A stretch of DNA of 64,000 bases from an uncultured Gemmatimonadales bacterium (GCA_963850905.1 CAWKMU010000003.1:1536001-1600000), one strand, 5' to 3'; shown: positions 10,835 through 20,023, numbered from the stretch's first letter. Notes: generated by a model not told the origin, from the sequence alone. Program-made: numbers and translations.

Positions 10835-10850
10835 TGCAAGATGCCGGCCC
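10835..10850 (-). promoter_or_regulatory. Putative sigma54 (-24/-12) promoter of the GT-C operon
   Basis: Minus strand GGGCCGGCATCTTGCA = GG-N10-GC with GGC and TTGCA, about 45 bp upstream of ATG 10790. Confidence 0.55.
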
Positions 10851-11064
10851 GCGTCCAAAGCGTGGATCACACCTGTGGGGCTGCGCGGCCGCCCCTTACC
10901 AATTCATCAAACGACGCTATGTGTTTGCCGATGGTCACGCGACACGCAGCCGCGCACCAGCACCGAGGAAGCGGCGTGGTGCGCTCGCCTGGCGTACAGC
11001 TTCTAGCCGGCAAGGCCCGAGACCTGCAGCCAACGGCACTCGTGAAACGGTGTTCTCACTGACG

Positions 11065-11565
11065 ATGTCTCCTGCGTCACCGCGTCCGCTGCGCGTGCTT
11101 TTTCTGTGCACCGGAAATGCTGTTCGCAGCCAGATGGCTGAGGCGCTGCTCAACTACAAGGGGCGAGGGCGATTTCGGGCTGAGAGTGCCGGATCGACGC
11201 CGACGGCGTGCGTTCATCCGCGTACAGTCGAGACGTTGCGCCAAGGGGGCATCGACTGGGAAGGCCGAACGCCGCGAGCCGTGAAGGGGCTCGAGGGCGA
11301 ATGCTGGGATCTCGTGATAACGGTGTGCGATCGAGCAATGGAATGCTGCCCAGTGTTTGCTGGTCACGCGGTGATCGCGCATTGGGGCATGGACGCGCCG
11401 GTGGATGTACAGGGGCCGGAAGACGAGCAGCAGCGAGCTTTTCAGGCCGCATTGGCAACGCTCTCGCACCGGATAGACCGGTTGGTCGGATTGCCGATCG
11501 AGGGACTTGATCGTTCCGTCCTCGCGGAGCATTTGCAAGTGATCGGCACCGAGGAAGAGGGTTAG
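11065..11565 (+). CDS. ArsC/low-molecular-weight protein-tyrosine-phosphatase family protein
   Basis: VLFLCTGNAVRSQMAE (CX5R loop), SAGS, VITVCD...CP, HWG. The ORF-track extension back to 10582 overlaps another gene and is not credible. Confidence 0.85.
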   Translation: MSPASPRPLRVLFLCTGNAVRSQMAEALLNYKGRGRFRAESAGSTPTACVHPRTVETLRQGGIDWEGRTPRAVKGLEGECWDLVITVCDRAMECCPVFAGHAVIAHWGMDAPVDVQGPEDEQQRAFQAALATLSHRIDRLVGLPIEGLDRSVLAEHLQVIGTEEEG

Positions 11566-11649
11566 TCTCGGTCGCTCGAACCTGACCGCCAACCCTCCCC
11601 CGGGGGCGCGCAATCATCGGCCCTCGCATCGTGGCGACTATTCGTCGGT

Positions 11650-11667
11650 TGTAGCGCTAGCGCCACA
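11650..11667. promoter_or_regulatory. Palindromic enhancer-like site TGTNGC-N6-GCNACA
   Basis: TGTAGC GCTAGC GCCACA, intergenic, about 110 bp upstream of a sigma54-type promoter. Confidence 0.6.
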
Positions 11668-11776
11668 ACTGCAATGAAATAGGCTAGGTCAGATCGCCCG
11701 CGCCGATCGTCGCGCTCCTTGGCTAACCGTGCACGGGTCGACTCGACAAGACGCGGTGCACGTCGGCCATATCAAC

Positions 11777-11792
11777 AGGCAAGCGCTTTGCT
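11777..11792 (+). promoter_or_regulatory. Putative sigma54 promoter of the phosphoramidate operon
   Basis: AGGCAAGCGCTTTGCT (GG-N10-GC, TTGCT). Confidence 0.6.
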
Positions 11793-11938
11793 GTATGTTA
11801 CATTCTCGTAACTGCGAGTTCAGCTATAGTCCGCGCCAAACGGGACGTAAGCCGCAGGCATAAAAAGGCTTAGGTCTCTCTTCAGTTTCGTAACGAAGTG
11901 ATGTTGCGCTTCGGGCAACGTAACGGCTACGGCGTCCC

Positions 11939-14863
11939 ATGCTGACAAAGCGACGAAAGACGAGACGTCAACTTGATGTCCAGCATCAAGTGTCAGCAGC
12001 ACGCGTGTACTGGATTACCGGATTGTCGGGCGCTGGCAAGACGACCGTTGGACGCGAGTTGGTGAAGCGCCTGCATGCGGCTGGTCGCCCAGTCATTTTC
12101 CTCGACGGCGATGCGTTGCGCGCGGCGATCGCGGAAGATCTCGGCCACACTGCTGCCAACCGCCGTCGATCGGCAATGCGCAACGCGCGGCTGTGCCACT
12201 TGCTTGCTGCACAGGGTACGGACGTCGTGTGCGCCACGATCTCGCTGTTGCACGAGGTCCAGCGGTGGAATCGGGAGAACATCCCCGGCTATCGGGAGAT
12301 CTACCTTCAGGTCCCGATGGAGGAGTTGCGGCGTCGGGATAGCAAGGGCATCTACGCCCGGGCCGAGTGTGGCGATGCGCGTGACGTCGTTGGTCTTGAC
12401 GTGCCCGCGGAGGCTCCGGAGGCGCCCGATCTGGTCCTCGACAATTATGGGGCGCTCGACGTTGTGACGGCGGTCGAGCGCATCTTGGCGGTATGCGGCA
12501 CGCCGAATGGCAAGCGTGCTGGAACGCCCCTGACGCGTGTCGTCGCGTTCAAAACGAAGGCAGAGTCGTTGGAAGCGCTGGCGCCCGTGCTGCGGAATGG
12601 GCGGGTCCTGCCACAAGTCCGATTCTCCGTTGCCGCCTGGCGCTCGGACGCCGCTGGCGTGTTGGCTTCGATCAATGCGGCGCCGTGGGGTTCGGGTTCC
12701 GTCATCGTGCGGAGCAGTGCACGGAGCGAGGACGGCGCCACGAGCTCTCAAGCCGGGAAGTACGATTCCCAACTCGGCGTCGCCGGCATCGAGGCAGTGG
12801 CACAGGCCATCGACCGGGTGGTTGCCTCGTTCGCAGACGAGGGCGATGACGACGACCAGATCTTCGTGCAGCCGATGCTCGACCGCGTCGCCATGGCCGG
12901 AGTGGCCTTCTCCCGCAATCCCAGTGGTGGCGCCTATTTCGTCATCAATTACGACGACCGTTCCGGGCTCACGGATCGCGTGACGGCCGGCGTCGGGTAC
13001 AATCTCGAAACTTTTTTCTGTCTCAAATCGCGTCCGGAGGCGTGCCCGGCTTCGCTGGTGCCGGTGATCGCGCTCGTGACCGAGCTCGAGAGTCTCCTAG
13101 CGTGCGACGCGATCGACGTGGAATTTGCGATCGGCGAAGACGGGCAGTTGTACCTGCTCCAAGTCCGCCCGCTCCTCGTGGACCGCCGGGGACAGGTGGC
13201 CGACAAGGAGATCGACGCCGCAGTCGCCGATGTCGCGCGCAAAGTCGAGCTCCTCAGCCGCCCGCACCCGTACCTGCACGGCAGCCGGACGATATTCGGG
13301 GTCATGCCGGACTGGAACCCTGCCGAAATCGTCGGAGTGCGGCCCTATCCCCTCTCGTTGTCGCTCTATCGCGAGCTGATCACCGACGCGATCTGGGCGT
13401 ATCAGCGTGACAACTACGGGTACAAGAACCTTCGCAGTTTCCCGTTGCTGGTGAGTTTTCACGGACTGCCGTACATCAATGTGCGTGTGAGCTTCAACTC
13501 GTTCATCCCACACGACGTCCCCGACGATCTCGCCGGCCGGCTGGCGAACTACTACATCGACCGACTCCTTGCCGAGCCGCATCTCCACGACAAGGTCGAA
13601 TTCGAGATCATCTTTTCCTGCTACACGCTCGATTTGCCGAAGCGAATCGCGACGCTCGCCGAGCACGGGTTCTCTTCGGACGACGTGGCCGAGCTCTCGA
13701 CCGCTTTGCGGCGTCTCACCAATCGGATCATACACGGCGACACCGCACTGTGGCGGCGGGATCGCGCCAAGATCGACCTATTGGCACAGCGTCTTCCGGT
13801 GATCTGCAACGCCGACATCGACAAGGTCGGCCGCATCTACTGGCTGATCGAAGACTGCAAGCGATACGGCACGCTACCCTTTGCGGGTCTCGCGCGGGCG
13901 GGTTTCGTCGCGGTCCAGCTGCTCCAATCGTTCGTCGACGTGGGCGTTTTTAGTGCCGATGAACGTGCGACATTCATGGCGAGCGTCGATACCGTCGGAT
14001 CGCGGATCGGGCACGACTTTGCGCGTCTTCCCAAGGCGGACTTCCTCGCGCGCTATGGCCACCTCCGGCCGGGCACGTACGACATCCTATCTCCCCGCTA
14101 CGACGAGGCACCCGACCTCTATTTCGACTGGTCGAGCGCGCGACCGACGTCGCCCCCGCCGCCTCGTTTCGCCCTGTCGATCGAGCAGCTGCGCCGCATC
14201 GAGCACCTGCTCAAGGAGCACGAGCTCGACATCGACGTCTTGAGCCTGATCGAGTTCATCAAGGCCGGCATCGAGGGTCGCGAATACGCGAAGTTCGTCT
14301 TCACGCGCAGTCTGAGCGACGCGCTGACGTTGATCAGGCGGCTGGGCGAGGATCATGGTCTGTCGGCGGAGGATTGCGCGTTTCTGAGTTACGATGCCAT
14401 CCGCACGCTCTATAGCGAGAGTTGCTCGGTGCGAGAGGCGTTGCTGGAGAGCGTCGCCCACGGCCGGGAGCGGCACGCGCTCACACGAAGTCTGGTACTG
14501 CCGCCCCTCATCGCGTCGGCAGAGGATGTGTTTGCCTTTCACCTGCCGCCGAGTCAGCCCAATTTCATTACGCGCAAGAGCGTTACCGCGCCGGTGGCGT
14601 CGCTCAGCGACCCTCCCGAAAGCTTCGCCGGACGCATTCTGTTCTTGCCGAGTGCAGATCCGGGCTTCGACTGGATCTTCACGCGTGGCATCAGCGGATT
14701 CGTCACGCAATTCGGCGGCGCCAACTCACATATGGCGATCCGCGCCAGTGAGCTCGGCATCCCTGCGGTGATCGGGGCCGGTGAGGCCATGTATCAGCCG
14801 TGGAGTGTCGCGCACACGCTGTGTCTGGACTGCACGAGCCAGAGGGTTTTGGTCATCGCATGA
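11939..14863 (+). CDS. Fusion: APS-kinase-like (Cj1415-like cytidine diphosphoramidate kinase) + PEP-utilizer/PPDK-like (Cj1418-like L-glutamine kinase)
   Basis: N-terminal WITGLSGAGKTT, LDGD, RRDSKGIY (CysC fold); then TKAESL, VRSSARSED, AGKY, FVQPML, DVEFA, LLQVRPL (ATP-grasp); FGVMPDWNPAEI, YGHLRPGTYDI; C-terminal GGANSHMAIRASELGIPAVIG (phospho-His domain). True start may be GTG 11990. Confidence 0.85.
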   Translation: MLTKRRKTRRQLDVQHQVSAARVYWITGLSGAGKTTVGRELVKRLHAAGRPVIFLDGDALRAAIAEDLGHTAANRRRSAMRNARLCHLLAAQGTDVVCATISLLHEVQRWNRENIPGYREIYLQVPMEELRRRDSKGIYARAECGDARDVVGLDVPAEAPEAPDLVLDNYGALDVVTAVERILAVCGTPNGKRAGTPLTRVVAFKTKAESLEALAPVLRNGRVLPQVRFSVAAWRSDAAGVLASINAAPWGSGSVIVRSSARSEDGATSSQAGKYDSQLGVAGIEAVAQAIDRVVASFADEGDDDDQIFVQPMLDRVAMAGVAFSRNPSGGAYFVINYDDRSGLTDRVTAGVGYNLETFFCLKSRPEACPASLVPVIALVTELESLLACDAIDVEFAIGEDGQLYLLQVRPLLVDRRGQVADKEIDAAVADVARKVELLSRPHPYLHGSRTIFGVMPDWNPAEIVGVRPYPLSLSLYRELITDAIWAYQRDNYGYKNLRSFPLLVSFHGLPYINVRVSFNSFIPHDVPDDLAGRLANYYIDRLLAEPHLHDKVEFEIIFSCYTLDLPKRIATLAEHGFSSDDVAELSTALRRLTNRIIHGDTALWRRDRAKIDLLAQRLPVICNADIDKVGRIYWLIEDCKRYGTLPFAGLARAGFVAVQLLQSFVDVGVFSADERATFMASVDTVGSRIGHDFARLPKADFLARYGHLRPGTYDILSPRYDEAPDLYFDWSSARPTSPPPPRFALSIEQLRRIEHLLKEHELDIDVLSLIEFIKAGIEGREYAKFVFTRSLSDALTLIRRLGEDHGLSAEDCAFLSYDAIRTLYSESCSVREALLESVAHGRERHALTRSLVLPPLIASAEDVFAFHLPPSQPNFITRKSVTAPVASLSDPPESFAGRILFLPSADPGFDWIFTRGISGFVTQFGGANSHMAIRASELGIPAVIGAGEAMYQPWSVAHTLCLDCTSQRVLVIA

Positions 14864-15462
14864 AGGCCGTGGCCGTCACCCAGCGGGTAACGATCGTTCC
14901 AGCCTATGGCGAGCGCCGTGACTCTTTGGATCAAGCATGGACGAGGTTCTTGGCTGCCTGCGGACTGCTTCCCGTGTTGCTCCCGAATGTCACCGAGGTG
15001 GCGCTGGCCATGTGCGAGAGGGCGGGCATCGGCGGGTTGTTGTTGACCGGAGGTAACGACCTGGCGGTGCTTGGCGGCGATGCCCCGGAACGCGACGCCG
15101 TGGAAAGTGCCCTGCTCGATCTGGCCGAGCAGCGTCGCCTGCCGGTCTTGGGTGTCTGTCGCGGTATGCAAGTGATTCAGCAGCGGTTCGCGGTTCAACT
15201 ACGGCGCATCGAAGGGCATGTGGCGCAACGTCAGGTGATCCGAGTCGACGGCGACTCACGAGAGGTCAACAGCTACCATTGCTTTGGCGCAGTTGACTCG
15301 AAACCGCCGCTCAATGTCTGGGCGGTCGCGGACGACGGCGTCGTCAAGGCGATCCGACATTCGACCCGACCCGTGACCGGGATCATGTGGCACCCGGAGC
15401 GCGTGGTCCCGTTCGCGCCGGCGGACGTGCAGCTCGTCCGACAGGTGTTCGGAGTCACATGA
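14860..15462 (+). CDS. Class I glutamine amidotransferase-like gamma-glutamyl hydrolase (Cj1417-like gamma-glutamyl-CDP-amidate hydrolase)
   Basis: TQRV...YGERRDSLDQAW, LTGGND, GVCRGMQ (Cys nucleophile), NSYH, MWHPER. ATGA overlap with the upstream gene. Confidence 0.85.
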   Translation: MKAVAVTQRVTIVPAYGERRDSLDQAWTRFLAACGLLPVLLPNVTEVALAMCERAGIGGLLLTGGNDLAVLGGDAPERDAVESALLDLAEQRRLPVLGVCRGMQVIQQRFAVQLRRIEGHVAQRQVIRVDGDSREVNSYHCFGAVDSKPPLNVWAVADDGVVKAIRHSTRPVTGIMWHPERVVPFAPADVQLVRQVFGVT

Positions 15463-16238
15463 TCCGCGCCGTGATCCTCGCGGCCGGCCGCGGCAGCCGC
15501 ATGGGCCATCTGTGTGATGACCGTCCCAAGTGCCTGGTCGAGCTCGGAGGCAAACGGTTGATCGAACGCCAGATCGCTGCGCTGCGGCGCGGTGGCGTAG
15601 ACGAGATTGGCGTTGTCCGCGGCTACCGCGCAGAGATGATCACCAGTCCGAGTCTTTCCTATTTCGCCAACGACCAATGGGCCGAAACGAACATGGTGAT
15701 GTCACTGGCCACGGCCGCTCGCTGGCTGCGGTCAGGGCCGGTCATCGTGAGCTACGCGGACATTTTCTATCGTAGCGAGCTGGTACGCAGCCTGGTCGCG
15801 GCTCACGGGCGACTGGTCGTCACGTACGACCGAGACTGGCGCCGGCTGTGGACGCGTCGTTTCGCCGATCCTTTGGCCGATGCCGAAACTTTTCGGACCG
15901 ACGGCGAAGGCCGGTTGCTGGAGATCGGCGGCAAGACGTCGCGCATCGAGGAGATTGAGGGGCAGTACATGGGCCTCTTGAAATTCACTCCACCAGCGTG
16001 GAGTGCGGTCGAGGGCTTGCTTGGTGTGCTCGAGACGCCGATTCGCGATCGGCTCGATCTGACAGGACTGCTGCGCCGGCTGCTGGCGGCACGCGAGCTC
16101 CCAATAGGGGCGCTTTCCACCGATGGTCAATGGGGCGAAATCGACAATCCGGAAGACGTAGCGTTGTACCAGCGCATGGTCACTGCAGGCGAGCTCCGCC
16201 TCGAGGAGACGTCTGACAGTGAGGTGATGCCACAATAA
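15459..16238 (+). CDS. NTP-transferase, LicC-like (Cj1416-like CTP:phosphoglutamine cytidylyltransferase)
   Basis: ILAAGRGSRM, RPKCL, WAETNMVMSL, SYADI, DPLADAETF, GQYMGL, WGEID. ATGA overlap. Confidence 0.85.
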   Translation: MIRAVILAAGRGSRMGHLCDDRPKCLVELGGKRLIERQIAALRRGGVDEIGVVRGYRAEMITSPSLSYFANDQWAETNMVMSLATAARWLRSGPVIVSYADIFYRSELVRSLVAAHGRLVVTYDRDWRRLWTRRFADPLADAETFRTDGEGRLLEIGGKTSRIEEIEGQYMGLLKFTPPAWSAVEGLLGVLETPIRDRLDLTGLLRRLLAARELPIGALSTDGQWGEIDNPEDVALYQRMVTAGELRLEETSDSEVMPQ

Positions 16239-16302
16239 TGGCGATGCGTTCCGAGCCCACCGTGACAACTTCCGACCAGAGGGGTTGCCAGTGTCAGTAA
16301 CG

Positions 16303-17070
16303 ATGAAACACGGCGATTTCACGCAGGTAGCCGGCGATTACGCCCGGTTTCGGCCGAGTTACGCGCCCCAGGTCGCGACTGCCATCCTCCGTTACGTCGG
16401 GCGGGACCCAGCCAGCATCAATGCGGCCGACATCGGCGCCGGAACCGGCATTTGGACGCGGATGCTCGCAGCGCAGGGTCTGCATTCCATCGTCGCCGTG
16501 GAACCAAATGCCAACATGCGTGCGCAAGGGATCGAGACCTCGCGGGGGAGCGACATTGTGTGGCGCGATGGTTCGGCCGAAGCGACGGGATTGCCGGACC
16601 GGTCAGCCGATCTTGTCAGTATGGCGTCGTCATTTCACTGGGCCGATTTCGACAAGGCCTGCGACGAATTTCACCGTATCCTGCGGCCGGGTGGCGTCTT
16701 CGTCGCCTTGTGGAATCCGCGTCTCATCGAGGTGAACCCATTGCTCGTCGAGATCGAGGCGCAGATCACGCGGCTCAAATCTGACGTGCGCCGTGTATCA
16801 TCAGGCCGCTCTGGCATCACCGAGCGGCTGACCGATATGCTGAGCGAGAAACCGCAATTCGCTGAGGTGCTGTATCTCGAAGGTAGGCACCGCATGTCCC
16901 AGACGCCGAATCAGTATCTCGGGGCGTGGCGCTCGGTGAATGATCTCCAAGTGCAATTGGGCCCTGAACTATTCCGGAAGTTCTTGGAATTCACCGAGGA
17001 GCGCGTGTCAGGTCTGACGGCTATCGAGACAACCTATGTGACCCGGGCCTGGATCGTGCGGCGCGCCTAG
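16303..17070 (+). CDS. Class I SAM-dependent methyltransferase (Cj1419/Cj1420-like)
   Basis: MKHGDFT, RPSY, DIGAGTGIW, VEPNANMR, MASSFHW, LWNPR, AWRSVND. Start could be GTG 16291 (GAGGGG at 16279). Confidence 0.85.
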   Translation: MKHGDFTQVAGDYARFRPSYAPQVATAILRYVGRDPASINAADIGAGTGIWTRMLAAQGLHSIVAVEPNANMRAQGIETSRGSDIVWRDGSAEATGLPDRSADLVSMASSFHWADFDKACDEFHRILRPGGVFVALWNPRLIEVNPLLVEIEAQITRLKSDVRRVSSGRSGITERLTDMLSEKPQFAEVLYLEGRHRMSQTPNQYLGAWRSVNDLQVQLGPELFRKFLEFTEERVSGLTAIETTYVTRAWIVRRA

Positions 17071-17181
17071 GCGGGCTCCTCCGCGGTAGATCTATCCGCG
17101 AAGCTCTGAGTCGCCTGGCTTGCCCACAGCGATCACAGGAAGTGCGGGCTGGCGGCTCCGTCGGCAAAGTTGAGCGTGTCC

Positions 17182-18213
17182 TCACCTACTCAGACGATAG
17201 CCGATATTCTCAATCCTTTTTTGGGTTTCCGCATTGAGATCATGCATAAAGCTTCTGAATCGAGGAACCTTCTCTTCAACAGCCAAAAAGCCGTACGGCT
17301 TGCTCCTCGGACGGGCCAGACATAGGCGGCTCACATCAAGATCGACTGACATGACTTCGACGATCTTAGAAAACTCCTTGACCGGATCGATCATGAAGTC
17401 CTCGAGCCGCAACGAGAGGGTCGCGGATCGGATGTAAAGCTCCGTCTCCTCAACAAATTCCGGGAACGACAAGAATGGCGGGCCTGGTGCGGCTGCGAAG
17501 AAACGCGGGTCCCCTTCGGCAAAGGCCTTGAATTCCGAAAAATTCTGGTCCAAATCGAGACACAGATCGTCAGCGTTTTTGTACACCTGCGTGATCCCGG
17601 GGACCATGGCTTTGTCGCGAACATACCTCCGCCAGAAGACCCAATTCGTCAGCAACGAATCCAGCGGGTGCCGGTAGACGAAGATCAGATCGGCAATGCG
17701 CGACTGGACCGCCTCCAATACACGGCTCGTCAACTCTGGCAACGCCTGAGCGCGAGACACGTATTTGATCGTGGCGTGTTCGGTGTAGATCATGGACGTC
17801 GGAAGTGGACGAAATCGCATCTCATGCCGGAGATATTTCGCCCGTTCGCCAATGTGCTGCAGCAGCAGTTCATAGACATACCAACGCCCACTGCCGAACA
17901 GTCCGACGAGATACGCTGTTCTGTCGTTCCCCGGATTATGGAGTTTCCAATACCAGTCCTTATTCACCAACCGGTGGCGAACGCTTTCCAGATGGTCGCG
18001 AGGGGTTTTGCGCGCGAATTCTGCCCAGTTCTCGCGCACGCTTCGCAATTTGTCTTGGCGCGATTTCCCGGTGAATCTGATGAGCCTTCGAAATACGGAT
18101 GGCCGCATCCGCTCCGGGCGGCCGCGAGCGCCCTTGTACGTTGATCTTACCCCTCCGTCATGGTCGACCCACGCCACGGCGTTCTTGGCCGACGGTGTCG
18201 TGTGGTCGCTCAC
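17182..18213 (-). CDS. Sulfotransferase-fold (P-loop) protein
   Basis: YLVGLFGSGRW (5'-PSB-like loop), FVYRHPLDSLLT (3'-PB-like RxPxD), LRLEDFMIDP, C-terminal IENIGY. Start may be ATG 18108. Confidence 0.65.
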   Translation of the reverse strand: MSDHTTPSAKNAVAWVDHDGGVRSTYKGARGRPERMRPSVFRRLIRFTGKSRQDKLRSVRENWAEFARKTPRDHLESVRHRLVNKDWYWKLHNPGNDRTAYLVGLFGSGRWYVYELLLQHIGERAKYLRHEMRFRPLPTSMIYTEHATIKYVSRAQALPELTSRVLEAVQSRIADLIFVYRHPLDSLLTNWVFWRRYVRDKAMVPGITQVYKNADDLCLDLDQNFSEFKAFAEGDPRFFAAAPGPPFLSFPEFVEETELYIRSATLSLRLEDFMIDPVKEFSKIVEVMSVDLDVSRLCLARPRSKPYGFLAVEEKVPRFRSFMHDLNAETQKRIENIGYRLSR

Positions 18214-18592
18214 GGGCGTGGCCTCATGTCAGCCCGACCGGCCGCGGCTCCCTTTGCGCGGCCCCTTCTGGTGTCAACCATGCTCAGCCTCTCCGCACGT
18301 TTCGTGCAGGCGCAAGCGTGGGCGGAAGTCAAGCGAATACAAGTGGTTACGCCGTTTGATACCCTAATCACCTCGCGGAATATGCTGCATGAACCCCACA
18401 CGATCGATGGCGATGTGCTGCGCGCTCGCGCGCGCCATCGCGGAGCCTATCGACTGGTGCGCTTCGTCGCCGCGCAGCAGCCGGTGCCGCCCGACGACGC
18501 GTGCAGCGTCGTGGCAGGCACGACGCCGCTGATGCTGATCGCCGCTCATGCTTGTCACGCCGCGCGGATCGAGGAGACGCGTCGTTGCAGAG

Positions 18593-18608
18593 TGGCGACT
18601 CAATTGCC
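18593..18608 (+). promoter_or_regulatory. Putative sigma54 promoter
   Basis: TGGCGACTCAATTGCC upstream of the GT4 gene; IHF-like ATACAAGTGGTTA at 18337-18349. Confidence 0.4.
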
Positions 18609-18649
18609 AGAGCGCGAGGATGATGTTGCGAGAGGCCAGTAACCGGGGC

Positions 18650-19900
18650 GTGCTAGTCGGTGGTGGTGCGCCTGACGGTCCGTCATCACTCGTCAGGCGG
18701 GCCAAGCCGCTGCGGGTTCTCTACGTCGAAGCGAACGAGGATGGCACCGTCGGGGGGTCCCATCAACTTGTTTACGATCTCGCACGCAGTGTACCCCGAG
18801 ATCGCATCGATCCCGTCGTACTGTTTTATCAGAACAATGCGTTCGTGGACCGTCTGAGGAGCCACGGGGTCACTGTCCTGTTGTACGACCACTTGCGCGT
18901 GCGCGAGCGCGCGGTCAATGCAACTGGAGGGCTTTTGCGCAGGCGTGCCGAGCAGGTCGCCGCCATCGGGAGGCGCTTCCAGCTACTTCGTCAGCAAAAT
19001 ATCGGTCTGGTCCACCTGAACAATTCCCCGACCGTCGGAGTCGACGACTGGCTGCCGGCTGCGATATGCGCCAACACGCCATGCGTGGTCAACGCGGGCG
19101 GTCTGCTCGGTCGGGATCGTCGCTTCATCCATCGGGCCTTAACGCGGCGCTTTGCGCGGGTGATCGCTGTGAGCGAATACATGGCGGCCGCGCTCCGCGA
19201 GCGCGGTTATCCGGAACGCCAGATCGAATGCGTGAATCTGTCCGTCGACATCGCGCGGTTGCAATCGAGAGTCTCGGCGTCGCGGACCGAGATTCGCACG
19301 AGCCTGAACATACGGCCTGACCGAGTTGTCATCACGATGGTAGGCAACGTCCGACAGTGGAAAGGGCAGCATGTCCTGCTGGAGGCAGTTGAGCTGCTCC
19401 TGCCGGCGGTCCGGGAACGCGTCCATGTGCTATTCGCCGGCGCGGTGTCCGAGGCCGATCGTTCGTATTTCGCCCATCTGCAACAGATCGTTGAGCGCGC
19501 GCACCTGGGCGACAGAGTTCAGTTTCTTGGTGCCCGGGACGACGTTGCTGATCTCCTCGCCGCGTCGGATGTTGCAGTTCACGCGTCGATTCTGCCGGAG
19601 CCATTTGGGCTCGTAATCATCGAGGCAATGGCGCTCGGGACTCCGGTGGTCGCGGCGCGGCTCGGAGCACCGCGCGACATCGTAACCTCGGCATCGGGCC
19701 TGTTGTACGATCCAGAGTCACCACGCGAGTTGGCAGAGCGGCTTACAGAACTCGTGTTGGACGCGGACCTTCGAAAACGTTTGGGCAAAGGCGCGATCGA
19801 TCGAGCCAAGGATTTCGGAGTCGTGCGCTACATCTCGCAGATAATGGCCGTGTACGAGAAGGTAGCACCCGCGCGTGATGACGAGCGTCTGATCGTTTAA
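18650..19900 (+). CDS. GT4 glycosyltransferase
   Basis: VGGSH, GNVRQWKGQ, FLGARDDV, EPFGLVIIEAMALGTPVV. Start uncertain (18620-18650). Confidence 0.9.
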   Translation: MLVGGGAPDGPSSLVRRAKPLRVLYVEANEDGTVGGSHQLVYDLARSVPRDRIDPVVLFYQNNAFVDRLRSHGVTVLLYDHLRVRERAVNATGGLLRRRAEQVAAIGRRFQLLRQQNIGLVHLNNSPTVGVDDWLPAAICANTPCVVNAGGLLGRDRRFIHRALTRRFARVIAVSEYMAAALRERGYPERQIECVNLSVDIARLQSRVSASRTEIRTSLNIRPDRVVITMVGNVRQWKGQHVLLEAVELLLPAVRERVHVLFAGAVSEADRSYFAHLQQIVERAHLGDRVQFLGARDDVADLLAASDVAVHASILPEPFGLVIIEAMALGTPVVAARLGAPRDIVTSASGLLYDPESPRELAERLTELVLDADLRKRLGKGAIDRAKDFGVVRYISQIMAVYEKVAPARDDERLIV

Positions 19901-19968
19901 CCTCTCACTCGCAACGTTCCACTCGTCGCCGTCACACAGATTCATTTCGCGAGCCTCGCAATTCGGGG

Positions 19969-19997
19969 TTGCGAAACGTGCGTGCGGCGGTCATCCT
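19969..19997 (+). promoter_or_regulatory. Putative sigma70-type promoter of riboswitch/lipoprotein unit 1
   Basis: TTGCGA-N17-CATCCT. Hexamers and 17-bp spacing are conserved in unit 2 while the spacer sequence diverges. Confidence 0.55.
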
Positions 19998-20023
19998 ACT
20001 CGCGACAATTGATCGTCGCGTTG

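Noticed and set aside
10582..11565. Arsenic-resistance operon or 327-aa extended ArsC
   Set aside because: No arsR, arsB or acr3 nearby. The N-terminal extension overlaps an opposite-strand gene and its promoter.
11939..12500. cysC / sulfate assimilation
   Set aside because: Fused to a Cj1418-like enzyme and clustered with Cj1416/17/19-like genes, with no ATP sulfurylase in the window. Phosphoramidate synthesis explains it better.
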